A stretch of DNA of 64,000 bases from an uncultured Clostridium sp. Lineage in GTDB: Bacteria > Bacillota > Clostridia > Oscillospirales > Ruminococcaceae. The translations under genes and the position numbers were made by a program. Positions 19,325 through 30,781 of the stretch are shown piece by piece. Below the pieces are notes generated by a model that ran no database searches, was not told where the DNA came from, and saw only the letters and a program-made list of their open reading frames with translations. How positions within the stretch are numbered: the stretch's first letter is position 1; each line of letters opens with the position of its first letter. The DNA lies in assembly GCA_902490335.1 (NCBI GenBank), contig CABUDL010000007.1:5317-69316 (forward strand), in the 5' to 3' direction.

Positions 19325-20998
19325 ATGAAAAATGTAGATAAGTATAGCCGAAATTATTTTGCACCGGAGCAGACCGAGTATCAATGGATGCATCGGGAGT
19401 ATGTGGATGCCGCTCCGCGCTGGTGCAGTGTGGATTTGCGCGACGGCAACCAGTCACTGGTTGTGCCGATGGATTTGGAAAAGAAAAAAGCTCTCTTTTT
19501 ATTTTTGTGCCATATGGGATTTCGGGAAATCGAGGTCGGCTTTCCTGCTGCCAGCGATACCGAATACCAGTTTGTGCGCACCCTGATTGAGCACAATCTC
19601 ATCCCACCGCAGGTGGTTATCCAGGTCCTCACGCCGGCAAGAGAGCCAATTATCCGCCGGACGATGCAGTCGCTTTCCGGTTGCAGGCAGGCAATCGTCC
19701 ACCTGTACAACCCCACCTCCCGGGCACAACGGGAGCAGGTCTTTGAAAAATCGAAGGAAGAAATTATCGAAATTGCCGTTTCGGCAGTTCGAGTCATCAA
19801 AGAGTGTGCAGCAAAAACCAAGGGGAAAATCCAGCTGGAATACACGCCGGAAAGCTTTACTGCCACCGAGCCGGATTTTGCGTTGGAAATCTGCAATGCG
19901 GTGGTGGAGGAATGGGGAGAATCGACGCTGCCGGTCATCCTCAATCTGGCGTCCACCGTCTCCCTTTCGCTGCCGCACATCTATGCCAATCAGGTGGAGT
20001 ATATCAGCACCCATCTGCGCCATCGGGAGCGGGTCATCCTTTCGCTGCACCCGCACAACGACCGCGGCAGCGCTGTTGCGGAGGCGGAGCTGGGATTGCT
20101 GGCTGGCGGACAGCGGGTGGAGGGGACCTTGTTCGGAAATGGGGAACGCACCGGAAATGTGGATTTGGTCACGTTGGCACTTAATTTGTATTCCCACGGT
20201 GTAGACCCGCAGCTGGACTTCTCTGACCTGCCTCGGATTGCACAGATGTACGAGGAATCCACCGGTATGCAGATTTCTCCGCGGCACCCATACGGAGGAG
20301 AACTGGTATTTGCCGCCTTTTCCGGTTCCCATCAGGATGCGATTGCCAAAGGCTTTCACTGGAGAAAGCAGCACCCGAACTCCCGTTGGAATGTCCCCTA
20401 TCTTCCGTTGGACCCACGGGACATTGGGCGCAGCTATGAGCATGATGTTATCCGCATCAATTCGCAGTCGGGCAAGGGCGGCATCGGCTACCTGCTGGAA
20501 CACCACTACGGAATCAATCTGCCGAAAAAGATGCGGGAAGAGTTTGGCTATCGGGTCAAAAGTATTTCCGAGCAGCAAAGCCGTGAACTTTCGGTCGAGG
20601 AGCTGCATCAGATTTTCAAGGACACCTATTTAAATCTGTCTGCGCCTATCTGCCTGGAGGACTTTTATTTTGTCCACAAGGATATTTACCGCACCACGGT
20701 GCTGCTGCGGTTCCATGGACAACAGCTGGAGCTGACCGGACGGGGAAATGGTCGCTTTGATGCGGTCAGCAATGCACTGGGTAAGGGATTGAATATCCGC
20801 TTCCATGATATTGTCTACCAGGAGCACGCGCTGGAGCGCGGTTCCACCTCGCGAGCAATCGCCTATATCGGTATTACCTCGGATGCGGGCAGGCAATACT
20901 GGGGATGCGGGATTCACACTGACATCATCGCAGCTTCGGTCTATGCGCTGTTCAGTGCGGTCAACCGGATGCTCAACGACCAAACAAAAGAGAAATAA
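19325..20998 (+). CDS. leuA: 2-isopropylmalate synthase (yeast/actinobacterial type)
   Basis: WCSVDLRDGNQ, HPHNDRG, GNGERTGNVD, AFSGSHQDAI, INSQSGKGG. Confidence 0.93.
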   Translation: MKNVDKYSRNYFAPEQTEYQWMHREYVDAAPRWCSVDLRDGNQSLVVPMDLEKKKALFLFLCHMGFREIEVGFPAASDTEYQFVRTLIEHNLIPPQVVIQVLTPAREPIIRRTMQSLSGCRQAIVHLYNPTSRAQREQVFEKSKEEIIEIAVSAVRVIKECAAKTKGKIQLEYTPESFTATEPDFALEICNAVVEEWGESTLPVILNLASTVSLSLPHIYANQVEYISTHLRHRERVILSLHPHNDRGSAVAEAELGLLAGGQRVEGTLFGNGERTGNVDLVTLALNLYSHGVDPQLDFSDLPRIAQMYEESTGMQISPRHPYGGELVFAAFSGSHQDAIAKGFHWRKQHPNSRWNVPYLPLDPRDIGRSYEHDVIRINSQSGKGGIGYLLEHHYGINLPKKMREEFGYRVKSISEQQSRELSVEELHQIFKDTYLNLSAPICLEDFYFVHKDIYRTTVLLRFHGQQLELTGRGNGRFDAVSNALGKGLNIRFHDIVYQEHALERGSTSRAIAYIGITSDAGRQYWGCGIHTDIIAASVYALFSAVNRMLNDQTKEK

Positions 20999-21000
20999 AA

Positions 21001-21035
21001 AAAGGCTGTCTGTACATTTTGTACAGACAGCCTTT
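21001..21035. terminator. Bidirectional terminator between leuA and hpf
   Basis: Inverted repeat aaaggctgtctgtaca/tgtacagacagccttt. Confidence 0.8.
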
Positions 21036-21047
21036 GCTGTTTACCTT

Positions 21048-21572
21048 TTATTCTTCTTCCGGTTCAATCAGGGCGTAGTTGCCGTCGTGACGTTTGTATA
21101 CGACATTGATTTCGCCGCTTTCAGCATTGCGGAATACAAAGAAGGTGTGGTCAAGCATATTCATTTGCAGGATGGCTTCCTCGACCTCCATTGGTTTTAC
21201 AGGGAAGCGTTTGGTTTTAACGACCTTGTATTCGTCAGGCTCATACATCTCCTCCACAAAGTCAGGAGTGAAGGCTGCGGCTTTCATCCGTTTTTCCAGC
21301 TTGGATTTGTTTTTGACAATCTGACGGAACAGGGAGTCAATGACGGCTTCCAAAGCATCTTCGCGTTCATCAGCCGTTCTTTCGGCACGGAAGAAAAGAC
21401 CTTCTGACTTGATGGTGACCTCTACTGTTTCATGGTCACCGGAATGGATGACTGTGACCTGCGCCTGTGCGCTGTCGCCAAAGAATTTGTCAAATTTGGC
21501 AAGCTTCTTTTCAACCCTTGCGCGGAAAGAATCTTTGATACCTGTGTTTCTGGCTGTGATGTTAACCTTCAT
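21048..21572 (-). CDS. hpf: Ribosome hibernation promoting factor (long HPF)
   Basis: MKVNITARN, EKKLAKFDKFF, KPMEVEEAILQM..LDHTFFVF. Confidence 0.95.
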   Translation of the reverse strand: MKVNITARNTGIKDSFRARVEKKLAKFDKFFGDSAQAQVTVIHSGDHETVEVTIKSEGLFFRAERTADEREDALEAVIDSLFRQIVKNKSKLEKRMKAAAFTPDFVEEMYEPDEYKVVKTKRFPVKPMEVEEAILQMNMLDHTFFVFRNAESGEINVVYKRHDGNYALIEPEEE

Positions 21573-21742
21573 TGTTTCAACCCCTTTTGCGATAGTGTAC
21601 AAAATATTTAGGTTGAGTCCTTTTTATTTTGTTGACTTTATTATACTACTTTCCTCTTTAAAGGTCAATACAGTTTAAAGTCATTTCATAGAAAAAACCA
21701 TATCTTTTCATAAGCAAAGGGGTTTTCCACTCGTTTACCGCT

Positions 21743-22864
21743 TTATTGTTTAAAGTACATATACAGCTGGCAGGGAATCATGCCGTTGTACAGTTTGCGT
21801 CGCTTGTCCGCGGTCTTGCCGTAGGAGCGTTCGAACTCCATGTCCGGGCTGATGACATAGTAGCGGTGCGGATGACCCTGACAGAACACCTTGCCCATCG
21901 TGCGGTAGATTTCCTGTGCCGCCTTTAAGTCAAGCAGACGCTCGCCGTAAGGTGGGTTGCAGATGACCACGCCTTTCTCAACCGGGATGGAGAAATCGCG
22001 GACATCCCGCTGCACCACCTGGATGCGTGCGTCCACGCCTGCCTGCTTTGCGTTGTGCAGCGCAAGCTCCACCGCCTGCGGGTCGATGTCGCTTCCCCAT
22101 GCGCGGAAGGTGGAATCGCGGCGGATGAGGTCAAAGGCGCGCTGGCGTTCCTGCTGCCAAACCGAAGCGGGCAGCCAGTGCCATTTTTCAGCCGAGAAGC
22201 GGCGGCGCAGTCCCGGAGCGATGCGCATGGCGTGCATGGCGCCTTCAATCAGCAGGGTGCCCGAGCCGCAGAACGGGTCGTACAGCTGGGAATCGGGGTA
22301 GACATGGGCAATGTCGATGATGCCGGCTGCAAGGGTTTCCTTGATGGGTGCAATGACCGAACTTTTGCGGTAGCCGCGCTTGTGCAGTCCGGTGCCGGAG
22401 GTATCCATCGTAATCATCACCTGGTCGTGGTGGATGGAAAAATCGACCGCACAGGTGCTGCCGCTTTCCTCAAACCAGCTGACGCCGTACGCCTGCTGGA
22501 GGCGGGTGACGATCGCCTTTTTGATAATCGACTGGCAGTCGGGGATGCTGTACAGCTGCGACTTGAGCGACCAGCCGCCCTTGACCGGAAAGGCATCCTT
22601 TCTGCCGATGTAGTCCTCCCAGCGGATGCGTTTGACCCCCTGGAACAGCTCTTCAAAGCTGCGGGCTTCAAACTGACCCAGCACCAGCTGTACCCGCTCG
22701 GCGGTGCGCAGACCGATGTTGGCGCGGGCAATCATCTGTTCGTCGCCGTCAAAGGTGACTCTGCCGTCGGTGACCTGAACATTTTCCGCATCCATCCTGC
22801 GGACCTCGGACGATAAAACGCTCTCCAGTCCAAAATGGCAGGGAGCGGTCAGCGTTACTTTCAA
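21743..22864 (-). CDS. THUMP-domain RNA methyltransferase (RlmL/YpsC-like)
   Basis: LHKRGYR, APIKETLAA, DPFCGSGT, NPPYGER; TTG start after AAAGGAG. Confidence 0.92.
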   Translation of the reverse strand: MKVTLTAPCHFGLESVLSSEVRRMDAENVQVTDGRVTFDGDEQMIARANIGLRTAERVQLVLGQFEARSFEELFQGVKRIRWEDYIGRKDAFPVKGGWSLKSQLYSIPDCQSIIKKAIVTRLQQAYGVSWFEESGSTCAVDFSIHHDQVMITMDTSGTGLHKRGYRKSSVIAPIKETLAAGIIDIAHVYPDSQLYDPFCGSGTLLIEGAMHAMRIAPGLRRRFSAEKWHWLPASVWQQERQRAFDLIRRDSTFRAWGSDIDPQAVELALHNAKQAGVDARIQVVQRDVRDFSIPVEKGVVICNPPYGERLLDLKAAQEIYRTMGKVFCQGHPHRYYVISPDMEFERSYGKTADKRRKLYNGMIPCQLYMYFKQ

Positions 22865-23123
22865 AATCAATTCTCCTTTAATCTCACCGCCATCGGGCGG
22901 TGTGGTGTGGAATGTGTCGTTTTTCTGCTTTTTATGATACCAATTTTTTTCTTTGAATGCAAGGGCAGCAGGAGCTTTCAATCCTTTCAAAGTAAAAACT
23001 GTGAAAAAAGAAGATGAAAACAAAAGAAAATCAAAGGATTTTGGAATCTAAACAGGATAAGCGGACAACAGAAGCAATAAATGATGGAAAATACCAAAAT
23101 TTGCAGAAAAACAGCGAAAAATA

Positions 23124-23151
23124 TTGACATCCTGTCACCTTATGATATAGT
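23124..23151 (+). promoter_or_regulatory. Sigma-A promoter of pot operon
   Basis: TTGACA-N16-TATAGT with extended TG. Confidence 0.7.
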
Positions 23152-23264
23152 TGTATATGGTAATTAGGTCGAAAGACAGGCACGGGCAGACAGTGCGGCG
23201 CTGGAGAGCGTCTGCGGTGCTGACAAAGCCCCTAGAAAAACCACATGAGGGAGATGCAGTGCAG

Positions 23265-24311
23265 ATGAAGGAAAATATTTTGATCAGTTTAAAGGATATC
23301 GTGGTCGAATTTGACGGTCAGCGTATCCTCAAGGGAATCAATCTGGATATTCACGATGAGGAATTCGTGACCTTTTTGGGACCTTCCGGCTGTGGCAAAA
23401 CAACCACGCTGCGCATTATTGGCGGATTTGTGGAGCCAAGTGCGGGAGATATTTTCTTTGACGGAAAAAAAATCAACGGAATGCCGCCTTACAAGCGCAA
23501 TGTCAACACCGTTTTTCAGCGGTATGCTTTGTTTCCGCATCTGAACGTGTTTGATAACGTTGCGTTCGGGCTGAACATCAAAAAGATGGATAAAAAGCTG
23601 ATTGCACAGAAGGTTAAAGAGATGCTCAAGCTGGTGGGTCTGGTTGGCTTTGAAAACCGAAACATCAACCAGCTTTCCGGTGGTCAGCAGCAGCGTGTTG
23701 CCATTGCCCGCGCGCTGGTCAACGAGCCGAAGGTTCTGCTGCTGGATGAGCCGCTGGGCGCTTTGGACTTGAAGCTGCGCAAGGAGATGCAGACCGAGCT
23801 GATGCGGATTCAGAAGTCGCTGAAGATTACCTTTATCTATGTCACCCACGACCAGGAGGAGGCATTGACCATGTCCGACCGGGTGGTGGTCATGAAGGAC
23901 GGCGAAATCCAGCAGATCGGCACGCCGCAGGATATTTACAACGAACCAAAGAACGCCTTTGTTGCCGACTTTATCGGAGAGAGCAACATCATCGACGGCG
24001 TTATGTATGAGGACTTTGAGGTTGAGTTTGCAGGTCAGGCGTTCAAGTGTGTGGACAAGGGATTTGCAGAGAACGAAAGGGTCGACGTTGTCATCCGTCC
24101 CGAGGACATCATGGTAGGCGATTATGAAACCTCCCCCATCAGCGGTGAGGTAGAGTCGGTCGTCTTTAAAGGGGTCCACTATGAAATCACTGTGGATGCA
24201 CATGGATATAAGTGGCTGATCCACTCCACCCAGAGCCAGGCGGTGGGTGCGCACATCGGCATGAACGTGCGTCCAGAGGACATCCATATCATGAAAAAGA
24301 TGGAGGCGTGA
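23265..24311 (+). CDS. potA: Spermidine/putrescine ABC transporter ATPase
   Basis: [43 protein letters not shown]. Confidence 0.95.
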   Translation: MKENILISLKDIVVEFDGQRILKGINLDIHDEEFVTFLGPSGCGKTTTLRIIGGFVEPSAGDIFFDGKKINGMPPYKRNVNTVFQRYALFPHLNVFDNVAFGLNIKKMDKKLIAQKVKEMLKLVGLVGFENRNINQLSGGQQQRVAIARALVNEPKVLLLDEPLGALDLKLRKEMQTELMRIQKSLKITFIYVTHDQEEALTMSDRVVVMKDGEIQQIGTPQDIYNEPKNAFVADFIGESNIIDGVMYEDFEVEFAGQAFKCVDKGFAENERVDVVIRPEDIMVGDYETSPISGEVESVVFKGVHYEITVDAHGYKWLIHSTQSQAVGAHIGMNVRPEDIHIMKKMEA

Positions 24312-24315
24312 TGGG

Positions 24316-25158
24316 ATGAAAAATTCGGATAAAAAGAAACGGTCGCTGCTGGGCGCTCTGCCCGCTGTGCCGTATGTTGTGTGGATGGTCTTGTTTATCG
24401 CGATCCCGCTGGGAATGGTGGTGTTTTTTGCGCTGACCGACCCGCAGGGACAGTTTACCCTGGAAAATATTGCCCGAGGCGGAGAGCACATGAGCGTGCT
24501 TTTGCGCTCGATCAAGCTGGCAGCGATTGCGACCATCTTGTGCATCATCATCGCCTACCCGCTGGCATACATCCTTTCCCGCAAGCAGGGCTTCCAGAAG
24601 CAGACGTTGTTTGTCATGGTCATGCTGCCGATGTGGATGAACTTTTTGCTGCGCACCTTTGCGTGGATGACCATTCTGGAAAACAACGGTCTAATCAATA
24701 AGTTTTTAGGTTTGTTCGGCATCGGTCCGCTCCAGATGATCAACACCCAGGGCGCCGTTATCCTGGGCATGGTATACAACTATATCCCGTTTATGATTCT
24801 GCCGCTGTACACCACCATGTGCAAGATTGGCAACGATGTCATCGAAGCGGCACAGGACCTGGGCGGCAATACCTTCCAGGTGATGGCGCGGGTGGTCGTT
24901 CCGCTGAGCCTTCCGGGTGTCAGCACCGGCATCACCATGGTGTTTGTGCCGGCAATTTCCACCTTCATCATCTCCAAGATGCTCGGCGGTGGTACCAACC
25001 AGCTCATCGGCGACATCATCGAGCTGCAGTTCCTGGGCAACTCCTACAATCCAAACTTGGGTTCTGCCATCTCGCTGGTGCTGATGGTGGTCGTCCTGCT
25101 GTGCATGAGCATTATGAGCAACTTTGACGATGAGGAAATGGAGGGGAGAATCTTATGA
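24316..25158 (+). CDS. potB: Spermidine/putrescine ABC permease
   Basis: LPMWMNFLLRT, EAAQDLG loop. Confidence 0.93.
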   Translation: MKNSDKKKRSLLGALPAVPYVVWMVLFIAIPLGMVVFFALTDPQGQFTLENIARGGEHMSVLLRSIKLAAIATILCIIIAYPLAYILSRKQGFQKQTLFVMVMLPMWMNFLLRTFAWMTILENNGLINKFLGLFGIGPLQMINTQGAVILGMVYNYIPFMILPLYTTMCKIGNDVIEAAQDLGGNTFQVMARVVVPLSLPGVSTGITMVFVPAISTFIISKMLGGGTNQLIGDIIELQFLGNSYNPNLGSAISLVLMVVVLLCMSIMSNFDDEEMEGRIL

Positions 25159-25982
25159 GAAAAAGCAGATGGTTTTCTTCGCTGTACATCTGGTTGGTCA
25201 TGGCTTTTCTGTATGCACCGATTGCCGTGCTGATCATCTTTTCCTTCAACGACAGCAAGAGCAGAAATACATGGACCGGATTTACCCTGCGCTGGTATGA
25301 GGAATTGTTCCACGACCGGGTCATCATGCAGTCCTTTTTGGTGATGCTGGTAGTTGCCATCGTTTCCTCGGTCATCGCAACGGTGCTGGGGACACTGGCA
25401 GCAATCGGTCTGGATAAGATGAATAAAAAGCTGCGCTCGGTGGTAATGACCTTTACCTATCTGCCGATGATCAACCCGGAAATCATCACCGGTGTTGCGC
25501 TGATGCTGCTGTTCATCTATCTGAAGATGGAATTTGGTATGCAGACGCTGATTGTGGCACACATCACCTTCAACGTCCCGTATGTCATCCTGAACGTGCT
25601 GCCCAAGCTGCGGCAGATGGACAAGAATACTTACGATGCGGCGCTGGATTTGGGCTGCAATCCGCTCAAAGCCTTCACCAAGGTGGTCATCCCGGAGATT
25701 ATGCCCGGCATCGTGTCCGGATTTTTGATGGCGATGACCTATTCGATGGACGACTTTATCATCTCCTACTTTGTCAGCGGCGCTTCCATCCAGACGCTGC
25801 CGGTGGCAATTTACAGTATGACCCGAAGAAGGGTCAGCCCGAAGATCAACGCTCTGTCCACCATAATGTTTGTGGTGGTACTGCTGGTGCTGGTCATCTA
25901 CAATGTGGTCAGCAGCCGAAAAGAAAAGGCGACGACCAGACCTGTGTCCAAAGCAGGCTCCAAACGGGAGGGTGAGTTTTAG
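25155..25982 (+). CDS. potC: Spermidine/putrescine ABC permease
   Basis: FLYAPI..FSFN, GFTLRWY, SMDDFIIS, PKINALST. Confidence 0.93.
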   Translation: MRKSRWFSSLYIWLVMAFLYAPIAVLIIFSFNDSKSRNTWTGFTLRWYEELFHDRVIMQSFLVMLVVAIVSSVIATVLGTLAAIGLDKMNKKLRSVVMTFTYLPMINPEIITGVALMLLFIYLKMEFGMQTLIVAHITFNVPYVILNVLPKLRQMDKNTYDAALDLGCNPLKAFTKVVIPEIMPGIVSGFLMAMTYSMDDFIISYFVSGASIQTLPVAIYSMTRRRVSPKINALSTIMFVVVLLVLVIYNVVSSRKEKATTRPVSKAGSKREGEF

Positions 25983-27262
25983 TGAAGAAAAAAGGATTTT
26001 TCTCCAGACTAAGCCTTCTGGCACTGAGCGCAGCACTGGTGTCGGGCATGACGCTTGGCTGTGCAGCAGACCGGGAGAGCGGCTACGATATGGACTACTA
26101 CTCTCAGCTGGCGGACAAAGGGGTCACCATCAATGTTTACAACTGGGGTGAATATATCTCCAACGGAGATGACGATTCGCTGGATGTCAATGCGGAGTTT
26201 GAACAGCTGACCGGCATTCGAGTAAACTATACTCAGTTTGATACAAACGAATCTTTATACGCAAAGTTAAAAAGCGGCGGCACCACCTACGATGTGATCT
26301 TTCCGTCGGACTACATGGTTTCCCGTATGATTGACGAAGATATGCTCGAGCCGCTGGATTTTGAGAACATTCCGAACTTTCGCCATATCTCCGAAAAATT
26401 CAAAAATCCGTCCTATGACCCGCAGAATCTCTACTCGGTTCCGTACACCTGGGGAACGGTGGGACTTATCTATAACTACGATATGCTGGGCTTCGACCCG
26501 GACAGCTGGGATGTGATGTGGGACCCAAACTTTGCTAAACAGATTTTGCAGTTTTCCAACTCCAAGGATGCGTTTGCCATCGCCCTGATGCGGCTGGGAT
26601 ACAGCATCAACACCGAGGACCAGATGGAACTGGATCAGGCGGCACAGCTGCTCAAGGAGCAAAAACCGCTGGTGCAGGCGTATGTTATGGACCAGATTTT
26701 TGATAAGATGCAGGGCAACGAGGCAGCAATCGCACCTTATTATGCCGGCGACGCCGTCAATATGATGGCGGTCAACGAAAGCTTGCGGTTTGTCATCCCG
26801 AAGGAGGGCACCAACCTCTTCTTTGATGCGGTGTGCATCCCGAAGATTAAAGAGGACACCGAGGAGAGCCGTTTGAAAAAGTTGGCATCTGAAATGTACA
26901 TCAACTTCCTCAACGAGCCGGAGATTGCCGCTGCCAATATTGAATATATCCAGTATTCCACACCGAACGATGCGGCGCTGGCATTGCTGGACGAGGAAAC
27001 CCGCAACAACCCGGTGATCTATCCGAGCGATGACAAGCTGGAAAACACAGAGGTTTATGTCAATCTGTCGGAGGATACCAACCGCTATCTGGACCAGCTG
27101 TGGACCGAAATCATGAGCGCAGAGGCAGGCTACAACTACTGGAGTATGCCGCTGTTTTTGCTGGGCGCATTGGCTTTGTCGGTCATCATCACCCTGATGA
27201 AGCGCAACCGCCGCCGCAGACGGGAACAGTTCAGCTACGCGGACAGCCATAGAAACTTTTAA
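25982..27262 (+). CDS. potD: Spermidine/putrescine substrate-binding protein
   Basis: VYNWGEYI, DVIFPSDYM, PYTWGT, PKEGTN; extra C-terminal TM. Confidence 0.93.
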   Translation: MKKKGFFSRLSLLALSAALVSGMTLGCAADRESGYDMDYYSQLADKGVTINVYNWGEYISNGDDDSLDVNAEFEQLTGIRVNYTQFDTNESLYAKLKSGGTTYDVIFPSDYMVSRMIDEDMLEPLDFENIPNFRHISEKFKNPSYDPQNLYSVPYTWGTVGLIYNYDMLGFDPDSWDVMWDPNFAKQILQFSNSKDAFAIALMRLGYSINTEDQMELDQAAQLLKEQKPLVQAYVMDQIFDKMQGNEAAIAPYYAGDAVNMMAVNESLRFVIPKEGTNLFFDAVCIPKIKEDTEESRLKKLASEMYINFLNEPEIAAANIEYIQYSTPNDAALALLDEETRNNPVIYPSDDKLENTEVYVNLSEDTNRYLDQLWTEIMSAEAGYNYWSMPLFLLGALALSVIITLMKRNRRRRREQFSYADSHRNF

Positions 27263-27292
27263 CTCTTTCCCACACGAACCGTGGAAAAGGAG

Positions 27293-27331
27293 AAAACCCC
27301 CATCCGAATGGATTGTTCGGATGGGGGTTTT
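27293..27331 (+). terminator. Terminator of pot operon
   Basis: aaaacccccatccgaa/ttcggatgggggtttt. Confidence 0.8.
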
Positions 27332-27420
27332 GATTTTGGAAAACAGGGTAGCAGATGGGAAAGGGATATGGTAGAATGAGAGGCAGCAGAAGGCTTTAAA
27401 AAATGGGGAGGCGAAAAAAG

Positions 27421-27747
27421 ATGGCATCCAGTAAAGAATATTTGCAGTTTATTTTGGAGCAGCTGTCCGAACTGGACGAGGTTAACTACCGCGCGATGAT
27501 GGGCGAGTATGTCTTGTACTACCGTGGAAAGATTGTAGGAGGCATCTATGATAACCGTCTGCTGGTCAAACCGGTGCAGGCAGCGCAGTCTTATCTTCCG
27601 AAGATACGGTATGAAACGCCCTATGAAGGAGCAAAGGAGATGCTGCTGGTCGAAGAGGTGGAGGAACCGGGATTTTTGGCTGGGCTGTTTCGCGCCATGT
27701 ACGAAGAATTGCCCGCTCCAAAGAAAAAGAAAGGACAGCCGCAATGA
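27421..27747 (+). CDS. TfoX/Sxy N-terminal domain protein
   Basis: MASSKEYLQFILEQL, MMGEY, GGIYDNRLLVKP, PYEGAK. Confidence 0.88.
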   Translation: MASSKEYLQFILEQLSELDEVNYRAMMGEYVLYYRGKIVGGIYDNRLLVKPVQAAQSYLPKIRYETPYEGAKEMLLVEEVEEPGFLAGLFRAMYEELPAPKKKKGQPQ

Positions 27748-27813
27748 AGGAGAAATGGGGGATGAAAGATAGAAATTTGCTTTCGGACAGAAGAAATCGG
27801 ATAGGGGATATAG

Positions 27814-27853
27814 AAAAAGGTTCTGCGCGGGATGGTGCCGCGCAGAACCTTTT
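27814..27853. terminator. Bidirectional terminator
   Basis: aaaaggttctgcgcgg/ccgcgcagaacctttt. Confidence 0.8.
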
Positions 27854-27886
27854 GGTTGTTTTTGGATGATTTTCTGCAATACGCGA

Positions 27887-30502
27887 TTAGTGCTGGTGTT
27901 TAATCAGACCGAACTTTTTGGAAAATTCCATAGCCAGCAGTGGAACGAAGGAAAGTCCAAAAGCAATCAGATACATTTTAGCAGGCAGGGCAGCCAGACC
28001 GAAGGCAACACGCAGAGGGGTGAAGAGGACCAGCAGCACCAGTGCCAGGGAAACCAGACACGCCTGATTGAGCTTTTTGTTGGAGAAAGGACCGATGTGG
28101 AAGAGGGAACGTTCCGAGCGCATATTGTAGGACTGTACCAGCTGGGAAACAGACAGGGTGATGAATGCCATCGTCTGACCGGCAGCCAGGGTACCGACCA
28201 TATTCTGTCCCATCCAGAAGGAGGAGAGGGTCAGCAGCGCGAACATCATGCCTTGCAGAACAACACGCAATCCCAAACCATGGGCGAACAAGCCTTCGTC
28301 TTTGGATTTTGGTTTGTGCTGCATGATGTCGCTTTCCACAGCCTCCATGCCCAGTGCGATGGCGGGCAGGCTGTCGGTGACCAGGTTAATCCACAGCAGC
28401 TGCATCGACAGCAGTGGGGTCTTGTGCCACAGCAGCATGGCGGTAAAGACGGTCAGCACTTCGCCGATGTTGGTGCCCAGCAGGAAGCCGACCACCTTAC
28501 GAATATTGGAATAGATGCCTCGACCTTCGCGGACAGCATCGACAATGGTGGCGAAGTTGTCGTCGGTCAGGGTCATGTCGGCAGCGCCTTTGGCAACGTC
28601 GGTGCCGGTGATACCCATAGCACAGCCGATGTCCGCTGCTTTCAGTGCAGGAGCATCGTTGACGCCGTCGCCGGTCATGGATACCACCTGACCTTTGTCC
28701 TGCCATGCGCGGACGATACGGATTTTGTTTTCAGGGGAAACACGGGCATAGACAGAAATTTTATCGACATTCTGTGCAAGCTCTTCCTCGCTCATAGCAT
28801 CCAGCTGTGCGCCGGTGATGGCAAGGTCGCCTTCCTTGAGGATGCCAAGGTCCTTTGCAATCGCAGAAGCAGTTACAACGTGGTCGCCGGTAATCATAAC
28901 CGGACGGATGCCGGCTTCGCGGCAGGTGGCTACGGCAGCTCTTGCCTCGGGACGCGGTGGGTCGATCATACCGACCAGACCCATCAGGGTCAAACCGTTT
29001 TCAATCTCTTCGGAGGTCAGCTTCTGTGGAATCTGGTCGATTTCTCGGTAGCCGATTGCCAGAACACGCAGAGCGTTGGAGCTCATCTCGTCGTTGACCT
29101 GATGGGCTTTTTCAAAGTTGCCCTGGATGCAGCGGGACAGCATCATATCGAAAGCGCCTTTGACGATGACGATATTTTTGCCGTCGATGCGGTTGATGCT
29201 GGTCATCAGCTTGCGGTCGGAATCGAACGGAATCTGCGCCAGACGGGGATACTGCTGATTGAGCTGCTCTTGTGGACTGCCGTTTTTATGAGCAGCCAGA
29301 ACGATGGCGGTTTCGGTCGGGTCGCCGATGTGGTGTTCCTGACCGTCTTCAAAGGTGACGGTTCCGTCGCAGCACAGGGTACCGTAGTCCAGCAGATGGC
29401 GGACGGCAGGGGAATTGTTTTCGCTGATGTCCTCCACTTCGCCGGTTTCATCCAGATAGGCTTTGACCAGAGTCATGCGGTTCTGGGTGAGGGTGCCGGT
29501 TTTATCCGAACAGATGACAGAGGCGCTGCCCAGCGTTTCGACCGCCGGCAGACGGCGAATCAAAGCATTCTTCTTGACCATCCGCTGAACGCCGATAGCA
29601 AGGACGATGGTGACGATGGCAGGCAGACCTTCCGGGATGGCGGAAACAGCCAGCGATACCGAGGTCATAAAGATTTCCAGGACCGGAATACCGTTGATTA
29701 AGCCGACTACAAAGATGATGCCGCAGGCAGCCAGAGCAAGCAGTCCTAAGTTTTTGCCCAGCTTTGCCAGTTTTTTCTGCAGAGGGGTCTGACCGTCTTC
29801 TGCACCTTCCAGCAGACCGGCAATCTTGCCCATTTCAGTGTCCATGCCGGTAGCGGTGACAACGGCGTCGGCGGTACCATAGGTGATGGAGCAGCCGGAG
29901 AAGACCATGTTGCTGCGGTCACCCAGAGGTGCTTTTTCTTCCACCACAGCGTCAGCATCCTTTTCGGAAGGAACCGATTCGCCGGTGAGGGCGGATTCTT
30001 CGCTCTTGAGGTTGGAGCTTTCAAGCAGTCGGGCATCGGCAGGGACAAAGTCGCCGGCTTCCAGATGGATGATGTCGCCGGGCACCAGCAGGGAGGCGTC
30101 AATGACCTCGGTCTTGCCGTTTCGCAATACCCTGGCGTGCGGGGCAGACATATTTTTTAAAGCGTCCAGAGCCTTTTCAGCCTTGCTCTCCTGCATCATA
30201 CCCATGATAGCGTTGAGAATCACAATCAGAAGGATGAGCACCGGCTCAAAAAATTCCATCGGGTCCCCTTCCACACAGGCAATGCCAAAGGAAATGGCTG
30301 CCGCGATGAGCAGGATGATAATCATAACATCTTTGAACTGGTCGAAGAAGCGCTGCAGATTGCTCTTCTTCTTTTTTTCCTTCAGGCGGTTGGGACCATA
30401 TTGCTCGGTCAGCTTTTCCACCTGCTGGGTGGAAAGTCCGGTCTGCGGATTGCTCGCCAGACTTTCCAGAACCTCTTGCTTCTTTTGATAATGATACAAC
30501 AA
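27887..30502 (-). CDS. P-type IIA-like (Ca2+) cation-translocating ATPase
   Basis: [32 protein letters not shown]. Confidence 0.95.
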   Translation of the reverse strand: MLYHYQKKQEVLESLASNPQTGLSTQQVEKLTEQYGPNRLKEKKKKSNLQRFFDQFKDVMIIILLIAAAISFGIACVEGDPMEFFEPVLILLIVILNAIMGMMQESKAEKALDALKNMSAPHARVLRNGKTEVIDASLLVPGDIIHLEAGDFVPADARLLESSNLKSEESALTGESVPSEKDADAVVEEKAPLGDRSNMVFSGCSITYGTADAVVTATGMDTEMGKIAGLLEGAEDGQTPLQKKLAKLGKNLGLLALAACGIIFVVGLINGIPVLEIFMTSVSLAVSAIPEGLPAIVTIVLAIGVQRMVKKNALIRRLPAVETLGSASVICSDKTGTLTQNRMTLVKAYLDETGEVEDISENNSPAVRHLLDYGTLCCDGTVTFEDGQEHHIGDPTETAIVLAAHKNGSPQEQLNQQYPRLAQIPFDSDRKLMTSINRIDGKNIVIVKGAFDMMLSRCIQGNFEKAHQVNDEMSSNALRVLAIGYREIDQIPQKLTSEEIENGLTLMGLVGMIDPPRPEARAAVATCREAGIRPVMITGDHVVTASAIAKDLGILKEGDLAITGAQLDAMSEEELAQNVDKISVYARVSPENKIRIVRAWQDKGQVVSMTGDGVNDAPALKAADIGCAMGITGTDVAKGAADMTLTDDNFATIVDAVREGRGIYSNIRKVVGFLLGTNIGEVLTVFTAMLLWHKTPLLSMQLLWINLVTDSLPAIALGMEAVESDIMQHKPKSKDEGLFAHGLGLRVVLQGMMFALLTLSSFWMGQNMVGTLAAGQTMAFITLSVSQLVQSYNMRSERSLFHIGPFSNKKLNQACLVSLALVLLVLFTPLRVAFGLAALPAKMYLIAFGLSFVPLLAMEFSKKFGLIKHQH

Positions 30503-30630
30503 AGTAAAAACCTCCCGTCATTTTGGTTTTTGTTGCTATTAAAAGTTTATCAGCCGAGACGATGGTTTGCACTGGACAAATGGGGAGAATGTTACACTTT
30601 TCCCCGCCAAAGTAAAAGCGTTACTTTTTT

Positions 30631-30652
30631 GGACAGTTTTGCCGATCTGTCC
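30631..30652. promoter_or_regulatory. Putative DhaS-type TetR operator
   Basis: GGACA-N12-TGTCC in the divergent ATPase/TetR intergenic region. Confidence 0.65.
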
Positions 30653-30781
30653 CAAAAACAAGCCAGAGAAAGAATCTGCTCGAATCAGGAGAAGAAGCGA
30701 GATTTTCGTCGGATTTTGATTGAATTTTACAGAGGGATATGATAATATTTTCTATAAGATAGCAAAAAGGAGGTGCGGTGT

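Noticed and set aside
27866..29701. 611-aa plus-strand ORF
   Set aside because: Antisense shadow of the P-type ATPase
30503..30780. yybP-ykoY or M-box riboswitch before the P-type ATPase
   Set aside because: No recognisable consensus elements; the palindromes fit a protein operator better
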